Source of the DNA: Shigella phage Sf24
Strand: one strand, 5' to 3'
Sequence record: MF327008
DNA length: 64,000 nucleotides
The notes beneath the pieces were generated by a model, which was not told the DNA's origin, searched no databases, and saw nothing but the letters and a program-made list of their open reading frames with translations. This document shows, piece after piece, positions 21,078 to 31,399 of this stretch (positions within the stretch are counted from its first letter, which is position 1; every line of letters starts with the position of its first letter). A program made the translations under genes and the position numbers.

Positions 21078-21364
21078 TAGAACCTCATCTGAAAACCGTG
21101 CGATTTAACATTACCTCCGCCAATATCAGAAATGTTAATTTCGCGCGCAATTGAAGGGTCAATGTCAATTTCACGATTGAGTTTAGTGATAGCTAAAGTA
21201 TCGCGCCCATTTACAGTACGGAACTCTAAAGGACATACTACATTAACGTAGTTTTTAATCGATTCACTGGTAGGTTGCAAATGAACAGGAAGGTCTTTAG
21301 GCGCCTTTGAGAAAACCACTTCACAGAAATTTTTGCGGGTATCAAAATAAGTAGTCATAAACAT
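21077..21364 (-). CDS. hypothetical protein, 95 aa
   Basis: ORF coupled to neighbours. Confidence 0.55.
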   Translation of the reverse strand: MFMTTYFDTRKNFCEVVFSKAPKDLPVHLQPTSESIKNYVNVVCPLEFRTVNGRDTLAITKLNREIDIDPSIAREINISDIGGGNVKSHGFQMRF

Positions 21365-21405
21365 AGTATTTTCCTCAGTAAGGGGCCGAAGCCCCTCATT
21401 TTATT

Positions 21406-21771
21406 TTAAATATCAAATTCGTTAAGAACTACATCAAAGATTGCTTCAAGATGCTCAGGTTTAGCTCTGTTACTCAGAATATGACGAATCCAAGTTTTAA
21501 CCAGAAGCTTGCGATTAACGCCATTCCAGCAAGGATGAGTCCCTAAATCGCGTTGACGAAAATCATCATCCAAAGCGATTTTGAAGTTGGAACCTTCCAT
21601 TGTGATTGAAACCGTGATGCCATTTTCAAATCGCATATAAACGTAGTTAGGAGTCATATACTGTTCAATTTCGCATACTGATCCATTTTGATGTTTCCAA
21701 AGGCAAATAGTATCAATAGAACCTGCAATACCATTAGAAACATATTTACGTTCAAAGTTGATGTAGTTCAT
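21406..21771 (-). CDS. hypothetical protein, 121 aa
   Basis: ORF preceded by a promoter-like element embedded in a hairpin. Confidence 0.55.
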   Translation of the reverse strand: MNYINFERKYVSNGIAGSIDTICLWKHQNGSVCEIEQYMTPNYVYMRFENGITVSITMEGSNFKIALDDDFRQRDLGTHPCWNGVNRKLLVKTWIRHILSNRAKPEHLEAIFDVVLNEFDI

Positions 21772-21807
21772 TTTTATTCTCCGAGATGTTTAATTGCGGT
21801 ACAGGTA

Positions 21808-21837
21808 TATAATATCATATCCTGTACCAAAGTAAAC
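21808..21837 (-). promoter_or_regulatory. candidate early promoter embedded in a hairpin
   Basis: GTTTAC followed 17-18 bp later by TATTAT; flanked by inverted repeat ggtacagg / cctgtacc. Confidence 0.45.
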
Positions 21838-21839
21838 AA

Positions 21840-22172
21840 TTATTTTACTACTTTCCAGTGCTGCATGTCAAGTTTACCAACTTTTTTCATCTTCTCAATT
21901 AAGCGTTCTGCGCGTTGGCGAGCTGTAACATAATGCCATTCACCTAATTCATTTTGTTCAATTTTTCCAACGATTACTGTGTTCAATTCATAAATCCAAC
22001 CAGTAAAGAAATTATGAACTTGAATTGTAAAGGTGAAATCTGTTCCCATACCTTCTGTTGTTTCTACTTCAATAATATCACCTTCAACTGCCATTAAGAA
22101 CCACATAGTTTCATCATATTTACCGTTGAAGCATTTAGTTTTAACTGTAGCGTTCAGATTAATCGTTTTCAT
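21840..22172 (-). CDS. hypothetical protein, 110 aa
   Basis: ORF with an early-promoter motif at 22200-22229. Confidence 0.55.
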   Translation of the reverse strand: MKTINLNATVKTKCFNGKYDETMWFLMAVEGDIIEVETTEGMGTDFTFTIQVHNFFTGWIYELNTVIVGKIEQNELGEWHYVTARQRAERLIEKMKKVGKLDMQHWKVVK

Positions 22173-22199
22173 TTTATTCTCCTTTGTTTGTGTAAGATA

Positions 22200-22229
22200 A
22201 TACTATCACAAAGGAACCATACTGTAAAC
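22200..22229 (-). promoter_or_regulatory. early promoter
   Basis: Minus strand GTTTAC-N14-GTG-A-TAGTAT upstream of the 21840-22172 gene. Confidence 0.6.
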
Positions 22230-22248
22230 AACTTTGTGCAATCTTTGG

Positions 22249-22277
22249 AAAATAAAAAAGGACTCCCGAAGGAGTCC
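22249..22277 (-). terminator. rho-independent terminator
   Basis: GGACUCC-CGAA-GGAGUCC hairpin followed on the minus strand by UUUUUUAUUUU. Confidence 0.8.
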
Positions 22278-22282
22278 TCAAC

Positions 22283-22501
22283 TTATGCTTTCTGCTTACC
22301 AAAACGAGAAGCATCATCTCGAAGAACCGCACGTGCTCGGCGCATGATCTTCTCAACAGTTTGATTGATACGAGAGTTCGACCCACGCTTGTAACCAGCG
22401 CGTTTAGAATCACCAACTTTCTTTTCAACTGCTTTCTTTGCTTTAGCTTGTTTTGCCATTATAAATTCTCTTTTAAATGAAAATGCAGGACTTATTGGCA
22501 T
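22283..22501 (-). CDS. small Lys/Arg-rich protein; start may be the internal Met at 22459 (58 aa)
   Basis: ORF ending at a strong terminator hairpin (22260-22277); very basic composition. Confidence 0.5.
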   Translation of the reverse strand: MPISPAFSFKREFIMAKQAKAKKAVEKKVGDSKRAGYKRGSNSRINQTVEKIMRRARAVLRDDASRFGKQKA

Positions 22502-22704
22502 TGCCTGCGCAAGCCCTCAAGGGGAACATAGGTTTTTGAATATTTAACGACCAGGATAACCATAAACCCGTCATCATTCACATTCAAGAGGTACACCGTA
22601 AAACTGCCGGGGTCTTAAAACTATAATGATTCGCAAATCATTAATCAGACAGTTCGACGGCTCCTCGATTTTAGCTCACACTAAGGCAGTGAATCTCCAA
22701 TAAA

Positions 22705-22953
22705 TTACTTCAGTGTTACCACAAAGTGACGAACTGCTTTTCGTGCAGCAGAAGCCAGAGGCTTAGCATATTTAAGTTCATCTTTTTCCTGAAGCTCAGC
22801 AGCTAATGCAGTTTGAGCAGGATTCAGATGTTTGAAATAACGCAGGATTTCAAGAGCTTCGGCTTCAACATCAATAGATGCGCCATAGTTTTCGTGACCA
22901 TTATTCCATGCGTTTCGTTGCAGTTCAAGAGCGTGTTGTAATTGTTTAATCAT
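22705..22953 (-). CDS. rIII: rIII lysis-inhibition accessory protein
   Basis: 82 aa, T4 rIII length; sequence MIKQLQHALELQRNAWNNGHENYGASIDVEAEALEILRYF...; position before gene 31. Confidence 0.85.
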   Translation of the reverse strand: MIKQLQHALELQRNAWNNGHENYGASIDVEAEALEILRYFKHLNPAQTALAAELQEKDELKYAKPLASAARKAVRHFVVTLK

Positions 22954-23079
22954 TTAAAAATTCTCGTTAGAGATTAAAACTCGGTAGTCACGTTCTTCTG
23001 AATTTCATCTTCTTTCGACAGATCTCTCAGTTGTAGACTACCACATAGAATTGAAACTCAATTCATATTATTATTTATA

Positions 23080-23415
23080 TCACTTATAAAGACACGGAAT
23101 AGCTTTATAGTGACAGGTAACGAATTTTTGCTTAATTTCTTTTGGCTGCTTAAGACCCAGAGCTACAAAAGGATGCGGAACGTTTCGAATTTGACCAACT
23201 GGAAGAGAAGTCAAATCACCAACTTCACAGAAACCTTCAGGAACATCAGGACCAACAGAGTGAATTACACACAGTTCAGGAACTTCACCTTGAACACGTT
23301 TACCGATAATAAGTCCTGATTCTGTAACTTCTTCATCACCGGCTTGTGCAGGTTCAGAAACTAAAATAACATATTCACCGACAGCACGAATTGGTAGCTG
23401 TTGTACTTCAGACAT
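23080..23415 (-). CDS. 31: gp31 co-chaperonin (GroES analogue)
   Basis: 111 aa; sequence [30 protein letters not shown]... matches remembered T4 gp31. Confidence 0.92.
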   Translation of the reverse strand: MSEVQQLPIRAVGEYVILVSEPAQAGDEEVTESGLIIGKRVQGEVPELCVIHSVGPDVPEGFCEVGDLTSLPVGQIRNVPHPFVALGLKQPKEIKQKFVTCHYKAIPCLYK

Positions 23416-23445
23416 CGTTTTTCCTTTTTGTTAACAGATGAATTA

Positions 23446-23470
23446 ATAATAACAAATAATTCTTAAAGCA
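23446..23470 (-). promoter_or_regulatory. candidate MotA-dependent middle promoter for gene 31
   Basis: Minus strand ATGCTTTA, 12 bp spacer, TATTAT. Confidence 0.45.
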
Positions 23471-23471
23471 T

Positions 23472-23780
23472 TTATTTACCAATAAATTGGAGTAAATGCT
23501 CAACTTTCATACCATTAACGGAAATCAATTTGTCAATAGAAAAACCTCGCCATGCACCAAGCTCAACATCAAATACTGGAATCATGTCAGTAGATTCTTT
23601 CCGAGTAGATTCAGTCAATTTACCAGTTTGCATGGTTGGCATAAAGTCTGCATCACGAGTACCTTTCATAGTACGAATAGTACCATCAGACTTTTCAAAA
23701 ACTACGTTTGAAATACCCATGGACAATTTAGTTTTCAAAATTTCACGAATTGCTACTTTTTGTTCAGTCGTCAATTTCAT
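23472..23780 (-). CDS. hypothetical protein, 102 aa (31.1 position)
   Basis: ORF; gene order. Confidence 0.55.
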   Translation of the reverse strand: MKLTTEQKVAIREILKTKLSMGISNVVFEKSDGTIRTMKGTRDADFMPTMQTGKLTESTRKESTDMIPVFDVELGAWRGFSIDKLISVNGMKVEHLLQFIGK

Positions 23781-24017
23781 TTATTTACCTATTACAGTTT
23801 TAATATGAGTTGTTCCACGTTCTTTAAGAGTGGAAAGCAACTTTTGGCATTTTTCTAAATCAGATTTCCAACTATACGGCCTATCAATACAAACCCATTC
23901 TGACTTATAATACTGTTTCCATTTAGAGAAAAAATACTTCTTATACTCTACAGCAAATGAAATGTTCTCGTTAGAATAAGAACTAATTGCTGTGAGCTGT
24001 ACCAAACGAAATTTCAT
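23781..24017 (-). CDS. hypothetical protein, 78 aa (31.2 position)
   Basis: ORF coupled to cd. Confidence 0.5.
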   Translation of the reverse strand: MKFRLVQLTAISSYSNENISFAVEYKKYFFSKWKQYYKSEWVCIDRPYSWKSDLEKCQKLLSTLKERGTTHIKTVIGK

Positions 24018-24598
24018 TATTCACCACAGAATTCGTTGATATTTTCCCAGTTTAACTTATTCAAGTTTTTCTTAGGAACATTAAACACTTCAATACCTGC
24101 ATTTCGCAGAATATCATCCCAGCCAGGTTTATTCTTATCATATGTTTCGCAATAAACCAGTTTTTTAATTCCAGATTGAGCTATGGCTTTTGCACAATCC
24201 GGACAAGGAGAAAGTGTTACATACATAGTAGCACCTTCAATTGAAGAACCGTTTCGTGCAGCAAACAAAATTGCATTTAGTTCAGCATGAATTTCATTTT
24301 TAGACGACCATTCAGAGTGAGCGCTACGATGTTCTTTCGCCAAGACAAAACGATCAGTTGAACCAAACGATACACATTCAGGCTTATGACCTTGAATGAT
24401 AGTATGTTTAGGTTTATTCAACAACCAACCTTGCTCAGCAGCATAATCACAGCAGTTCACACCACCAGCAGGTGAACCATTATATCCGGTAGAAATAATA
24501 CGTCCATTCTTTTCAATTACTGCTCCTACTTTCCAGGAGCAACATTTTGATTCTTGTGATACTAAATATGCAATTTGAAGTACTGTACTCGCTTTCAT
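24017..24598 (-). CDS. cd: dCMP deaminase
   Basis: 193 aa; zinc-binding deaminase motifs HAE and PCxxC. Confidence 0.92.
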   Translation of the reverse strand: MKASTVLQIAYLVSQESKCCSWKVGAVIEKNGRIISTGYNGSPAGGVNCCDYAAEQGWLLNKPKHTIIQGHKPECVSFGSTDRFVLAKEHRSAHSEWSSKNEIHAELNAILFAARNGSSIEGATMYVTLSPCPDCAKAIAQSGIKKLVYCETYDKNKPGWDDILRNAGIEVFNVPKKNLNKLNWENINEFCGE

Positions 24599-24933
24599 TT
24601 CATAATCACCAGATAAGCAGATTTAGCAGTTTCAACACGATAAATTTCGTGACGAAGTTTAGTTATACTTTTAATAACAGAACTAATTATATTCTGCCCA
24701 TCTTTAAAGCGGTTTTTCTTATCAATAAAAATTGCACCAGCCATCTTTTTGTGAAGCTCAACTGGATACTTCGTCACAATAATAGCATCATACACAGAAG
24801 GATGAATACTATTCACTAGAGTGTCATTCATTAAAGTTATTCTAATGAACTGTGCTGTGTCAGAGTCAAGCGCTCTATGATCGCCAGTATCATTTTCAAG
24901 ACAATTATCAATTATATCAGTTAAATTCATCAT
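24595..24933 (-). CDS. hypothetical protein, 112 aa (cd.1)
   Basis: ORF coupled to cd. Confidence 0.55.
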   Translation of the reverse strand: MMNLTDIIDNCLENDTGDHRALDSDTAQFIRITLMNDTLVNSIHPSVYDAIIVTKYPVELHKKMAGAIFIDKKNRFKDGQNIISSVIKSITKLRHEIYRVETAKSAYLVIMK

Positions 24934-25166
24934 AGTACGCCATACACCCTTTGTGCTTCAACTAATCCATCAAAATCCAATTTGAGATGTGTTATTTGGT
25001 CACCATCACCTGGATTCACAATTACTAATACTGAACGAGGAGTTTCGGTAATAACACGAACCGATGTTTCTGGAAATCGTTCAGAAACCTTATTTACCAA
25101 TTCCTGAGCAAATAGTTTAACTTTTTCTTGGAATTCTTTAACAGTAATTGGTTTTTCACTTAGCAT
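24930..25166 (-). CDS. hypothetical protein, 78 aa (cd.2)
   Basis: ORF with early-promoter motif upstream. Confidence 0.55.
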   Translation of the reverse strand: MLSEKPITVKEFQEKVKLFAQELVNKVSERFPETSVRVITETPRSVLVIVNPGDGDQITHLKLDFDGLVEAQRVYGVL

Positions 25167-25196
25167 TTTGTTTTCCTCATTTGTTTTGGTAGAGCT

Positions 25197-25226
25197 ATAA
25201 TATCACAACTCTACCAAAAAGTAAAC
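25197..25226 (-). promoter_or_regulatory. early promoter overlapping a hairpin
   Basis: Minus strand GTTTAC-N14-GTG-A-TATTAT; inverted repeat ggtagag / ctctacc spans the -10. Confidence 0.55.
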
Positions 25227-25228
25227 TA

Positions 25229-25504
25229 TTAAATTGCCTTGAATTCTGATGTCTGTGATTCAAAGCGAATATCGCCTTTGATGACTAGCTCAGCATCAAG
25301 ACCAAATACGACAATGATATGCGCGGAACCCGGATACAGCGTAATTGCAATAGAATCCACCTGGTCTGGAAGCAAAGTGTTCAATACATGAGTCACTTGA
25401 GCATGAATTCGAAGCTCGGCTGCGTTATCAAGCTTTTCAAACATATTATTAGCGATAATTTGACTAAACACTACTTCTACGATTTTAGAATAAGTCGGAA
25501 ACAT
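25229..25504 (-). CDS. hypothetical protein, 91 aa (cd.3)
   Basis: ORF. Confidence 0.55.
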   Translation of the reverse strand: MFPTYSKIVEVVFSQIIANNMFEKLDNAAELRIHAQVTHVLNTLLPDQVDSIAITLYPGSAHIIVVFGLDAELVIKGDIRFESQTSEFKAI

Positions 25505-25506
25505 AT

Positions 25507-25707
25507 TTACCTCGCATAATTTTCTTCAAGCCAATCAATAACATCCAACGCATTATCAAAAGTTGAACCATCTACTCTGTCTTCTGTTTCATAATCAAGA
25601 ACATCTAAGCCTACTCTTCCGTCAACAATAGGCCATAGACAGAATAGGTATTTCTTTTCTTTTTCAATTTTATCACAAAGACGATAAATCTTTTCTATGT
25701 TATTCAT
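25507..25707 (-). CDS. hypothetical protein, 66 aa (cd.4)
   Basis: ORF. Confidence 0.5.
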   Translation of the reverse strand: MNNIEKIYRLCDKIEKEKKYLFCLWPIVDGRVGLDVLDYETEDRVDGSTFDNALDVIDWLEENYAR

Positions 25708-25896
25708 AAGTTTTCCATGGTAAAGGCAGTTTAGTTTTCTTTACTGTTAGTTCAACATCAGGATTCTTTTCTCTCAATTTAAGACATTCCTCCCAAGCTC
25801 TGATTTCACTAGTGAATACACAAAATTGCCCATTACTAGTACCAACTAAACCACTATTTACAATAACAATAGACCAAGTTTCATGATGCCACGCCA

Positions 25897-25897
<1 letters not shown>
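25700..25897 (-). CDS. hypothetical protein, 65 aa (cd.5)
   Basis: ORF overlapping pseT stop. Confidence 0.5.
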
Positions 25898-27122
<1,225 letters not shown>

Positions 27123-27125
27123 TTA

Positions 27126-27356
27126 TTATTTCTCAACCAATGATTGAATATAATCATGCAGGTCTTTAGATGCTTTACCCCACTTATTTTGGTATTCATT
27201 TTTAAGATTAGCACGTGATTGAGCTAATAAAACATCATTAGTTGGAGGTAAAGATTCTAATCGTTGAATCTGGCGTCCATAAATCATTGCAGCCATCTCG
27301 GATTCATAAATCAATCCTTTGAGATGTTCAAATTGATGCCATGAAATCATTTGCAT
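27126..27356 (-). CDS. hypothetical protein, 76 aa
   Basis: ORF. Confidence 0.5.
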   Translation of the reverse strand: MQMISWHQFEHLKGLIYESEMAAMIYGRQIQRLESLPPTNDVLLAQSRANLKNEYQNKWGKASKDLHDYIQSLVEK

Positions 27357-27646
27357 TTATCCTCTTTTAACTCTTGGCGATAATAACATATCATAGTTTT
27401 CTGATCATGTACATATCGTTTTACATCATTAAGCCAAATACGAAATTCCTGGGAATCTTCGAATGGCATACCGACCCAAGCTTTACCATCAATAACTTTA
27501 ACTTGCCAGGATAGTTTAGCTTCATCGTATGACTTTATTTGTACTGGCCAATTAGGATGAACTGTTTCTTTCTTTACTTCTAGAGGCTTTGTCGAACAAC
27601 CAACTAGAAGACCAATAGATAATATTACTGCTGATAGTTTAATCAT
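27347..27646 (-). CDS. predicted lipoprotein, 99 aa
   Basis: N-terminal signal peptide with lipobox LLVGC. Confidence 0.55.
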   Translation of the reverse strand: MIKLSAVILSIGLLVGCSTKPLEVKKETVHPNWPVQIKSYDEAKLSWQVKVIDGKAWVGMPFEDSQEFRIWLNDVKRYVHDQKTMICYYRQELKEDKCK

Positions 27647-27996
27647 TTAGAAAGGTCCTGGATGTCTTCTGCGAACTTGTTGAAGGAGTTGTTGATTTGT
27701 TTTTCAACCAATCCTGGCTTATGAGCCACCACATCCGCCTTCTTTGCGTCTTTGCGCAGTTTTTCATTTTCACGCTCAATAGCAGCAATTGCCTCACGAT
27801 TTTTATTATTCATCGCATCAATATAATTATACTGAATTCGCAAATTATTTAATGCTAAAGCGTTTTCATTGGCCGTTTTTGTAATTTCAGTAACTGATGT
27901 TTCTAATCTTTCTACCTTATTTTTTAAAATAATAGATGTTCCGCCAAATGCTATTACAAGTAATAGCAATCCAGCTGTAAAATTACTTACATGCAT
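27643..27996 (-). CDS. membrane-anchored coiled-coil protein, 117 aa
   Basis: N-terminal hydrophobic helix followed by charged heptad-like sequence. Confidence 0.5.
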   Translation of the reverse strand: MHVSNFTAGLLLLVIAFGGTSIILKNKVERLETSVTEITKTANENALALNNLRIQYNYIDAMNNKNREAIAAIERENEKLRKDAKKADVVAHKPGLVEKQINNSFNKFAEDIQDLSK

Positions 27997-28493
27997 AAAG
28001 TTTTAATAACCTCTATAATATCGTCTTGAGAAAGACCGTTAATTAAAATATGATGTTCAGCTGGAGATTTAGAAATTTTAAAGCATGCCTCAACATCTTC
28101 TGCCATATCCGATGCACTACGATTTGGATTACTAATCCCAAGGCGGTGTTTTCCCGTCAAAGGATTAACGATGATATAGCATTTGCAGCTATTGATATGA
28201 ACATTGGGTTGAGTCTGATTAATGAACACTTCACAATCATACTTAGCGAGTTGATTTTCTAAAAAGACTTTCATCTCTTCAACCGCATCAGGAAGCATGT
28301 CACGGGCTTGCTCAAGACGACGATTTCGATATTCTTTAATGGTCGTTTTCCGCTTGACTTGCTTAGCTAAATCTTTCTTAAGATCAGTGATATATCCAAC
28401 TCGACGATTTCCTTTGAATACAGAAATCCCATCTGTAGTATCACCGTATGCTTCAACGACCATTTCAGTAGTAATAAGCTGCAAATCCATCAT
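27987..28493 (-). CDS. alc: Alc transcription terminator for cytosine-containing DNA
   Basis: 168 aa (T4 Alc 167 aa); position between the pseT.x genes and rnlA; early-promoter repeat upstream. Confidence 0.85.
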   Translation of the reverse strand: MMDLQLITTEMVVEAYGDTTDGISVFKGNRRVGYITDLKKDLAKQVKRKTTIKEYRNRRLEQARDMLPDAVEEMKVFLENQLAKYDCEVFINQTQPNVHINSCKCYIIVNPLTGKHRLGISNPNRSASDMAEDVEACFKISKSPAEHHILINGLSQDDIIEVIKTLCM

Positions 28494-28521
28494 AAAGTCC
28501 TCATGTTATGTCAGTAAGACT

Positions 28522-28551
28522 ACTATAACACAACACGAGGGACTTGTAAAC
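28522..28551 (-). promoter_or_regulatory. early promoter for alc
   Basis: Minus strand GTTTAC-N14-GTG-T-TATAGT; near-identical to the element at 13240-13269. Confidence 0.65.
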
Positions 28552-28554
28552 AGC

Positions 28555-30142
<1,588 letters not shown>

Positions 30143-30169
30143 AATAAAATGGGCCTTGCGGCCCACTCC

Positions 30170-31348
30170 TTAAAAGTATTTTTTAAAACTCATCATAACT
30201 TTATCATCAACATCATTATCAATCTGTGCTACAAGGTAAGATGACAGTTCTACTTCTTGCGGCGCGGATTGAACATTATCAGAATTAAGGTATTCACGAA
30301 TCCAAGGATATGGATGTTTAACCGGAGCATCGGTAATTGGGCATGGAAGACCACACTGTTTCATACGAGATACAGTTAAGTAATCAATAAAGCTCCACAT
30401 GCTATTTGTATTTAATCCAGGAACATCGCCATTTTTAAATAAATGAACTGCCCAATCTTTTTCTTGGCGGTTAACTTCCATGAAAATATCAACTGCTTCT
30501 TGTTCACACTCTTTGGCAATTTTAACCCATTCATCGCCGTCAGTGCCAAGTTGAAGTTGACGAATAATATATTGGGTGCCTTTAAGGTGAAGCTGCTCAT
30601 CACGAGCAATGAACTTCATAATCTTGGCATTACCTTCCATGATTTCCATGTTCTTATGGAAGTTAAAGGTACATGCGAAAGATACATAAAAACGAATAGC
30701 TTCTAAGGCATTAATAACGTGCAAACAGAGGTAAAGAGATTTCATTAACTCACGCTTCCAATATGTCTCATGCTCAATAGCATCTTCAATAACGTCTTCG
30801 TCTGCATTAATTTCTTTTTGGTATTCGATATCAGCTTTAGCGTTTTCCCAATAACGAGTTTTAATCAGAACATCATCATAATAACGTCCAATGGATTCAG
30901 CACGTTTCATAATAGCTTCATCTAATACAATTTCATCAAATACCTTCGATGGATCAGTATAAAGATTTCGCATGATATGTGTATATGAACGACTGTGAAT
31001 AGTTTCACTAAAAGTCCATGTAGCAACCCATGTATCAAGACTTGGGTCTGAAATTAACGACATAAGTACAGCAGACGGTGCACGACCCTGAATGCTATCT
31101 AGAAGTGATTGATACTTCAGGTTATTAGTAAAAATATCTTGCTGATATTGAGGAAGCTTATTAAACTGTGCAGCATCCATCATTAAGTTTACTTCTTCGG
31201 GACGCCAGAAAAATGATAATTGCTTTTCGGTCAAATCTTCAAAAACTTTATGACGTTGAATATCATAACGCGCAATACCAAGGCCTGAACCAAAAAACAT
31301 AGGTTCTTTTAAAACATCAACTGGATTTGTATTAAAAACTGTGCTCAT
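30170..31348 (-). CDS. nrdB: ribonucleotide reductase small subunit, uninterrupted
   Basis: 392 aa continuous ORF with ferritin-like fold sequence; no intron. Confidence 0.92.
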   Translation of the reverse strand: MSTVFNTNPVDVLKEPMFFGSGLGIARYDIQRHKVFEDLTEKQLSFFWRPEEVNLMMDAAQFNKLPQYQQDIFTNNLKYQSLLDSIQGRAPSAVLMSLISDPSLDTWVATWTFSETIHSRSYTHIMRNLYTDPSKVFDEIVLDEAIMKRAESIGRYYDDVLIKTRYWENAKADIEYQKEINADEDVIEDAIEHETYWKRELMKSLYLCLHVINALEAIRFYVSFACTFNFHKNMEIMEGNAKIMKFIARDEQLHLKGTQYIIRQLQLGTDGDEWVKIAKECEQEAVDIFMEVNRQEKDWAVHLFKNGDVPGLNTNSMWSFIDYLTVSRMKQCGLPCPITDAPVKHPYPWIREYLNSDNVQSAPQEVELSSYLVAQIDNDVDDKVMMSFKKYF

Positions 31349-31399
31349 AAATTTTCCACTTAGTTAATAGATAGTGACTCGTCCATGAGTCAAATTATA

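Noticed and set aside
21384-21397. GGGGC-CGAA-GCCCC hairpin as a terminator
   Set aside because: The T-rich tract is on the plus strand where no gene is transcribed; more likely an RNA stability or processing element than a terminator.
22174-22428. 84-aa minus-strand ORF in the supplied track
   Set aside because: It runs through the terminator hairpin at 22260-22277 and the early-promoter motif at 22200-22229, in a different frame from the better-supported 22283-22501 gene.
23072-23079. TATAAATA (minus strand) between gene 31 and rIII as a late promoter for rIII
   Set aside because: It lies about 120 bp upstream of the rIII start, immediately after the gene 31 stop; too uncertain without transcript mapping.
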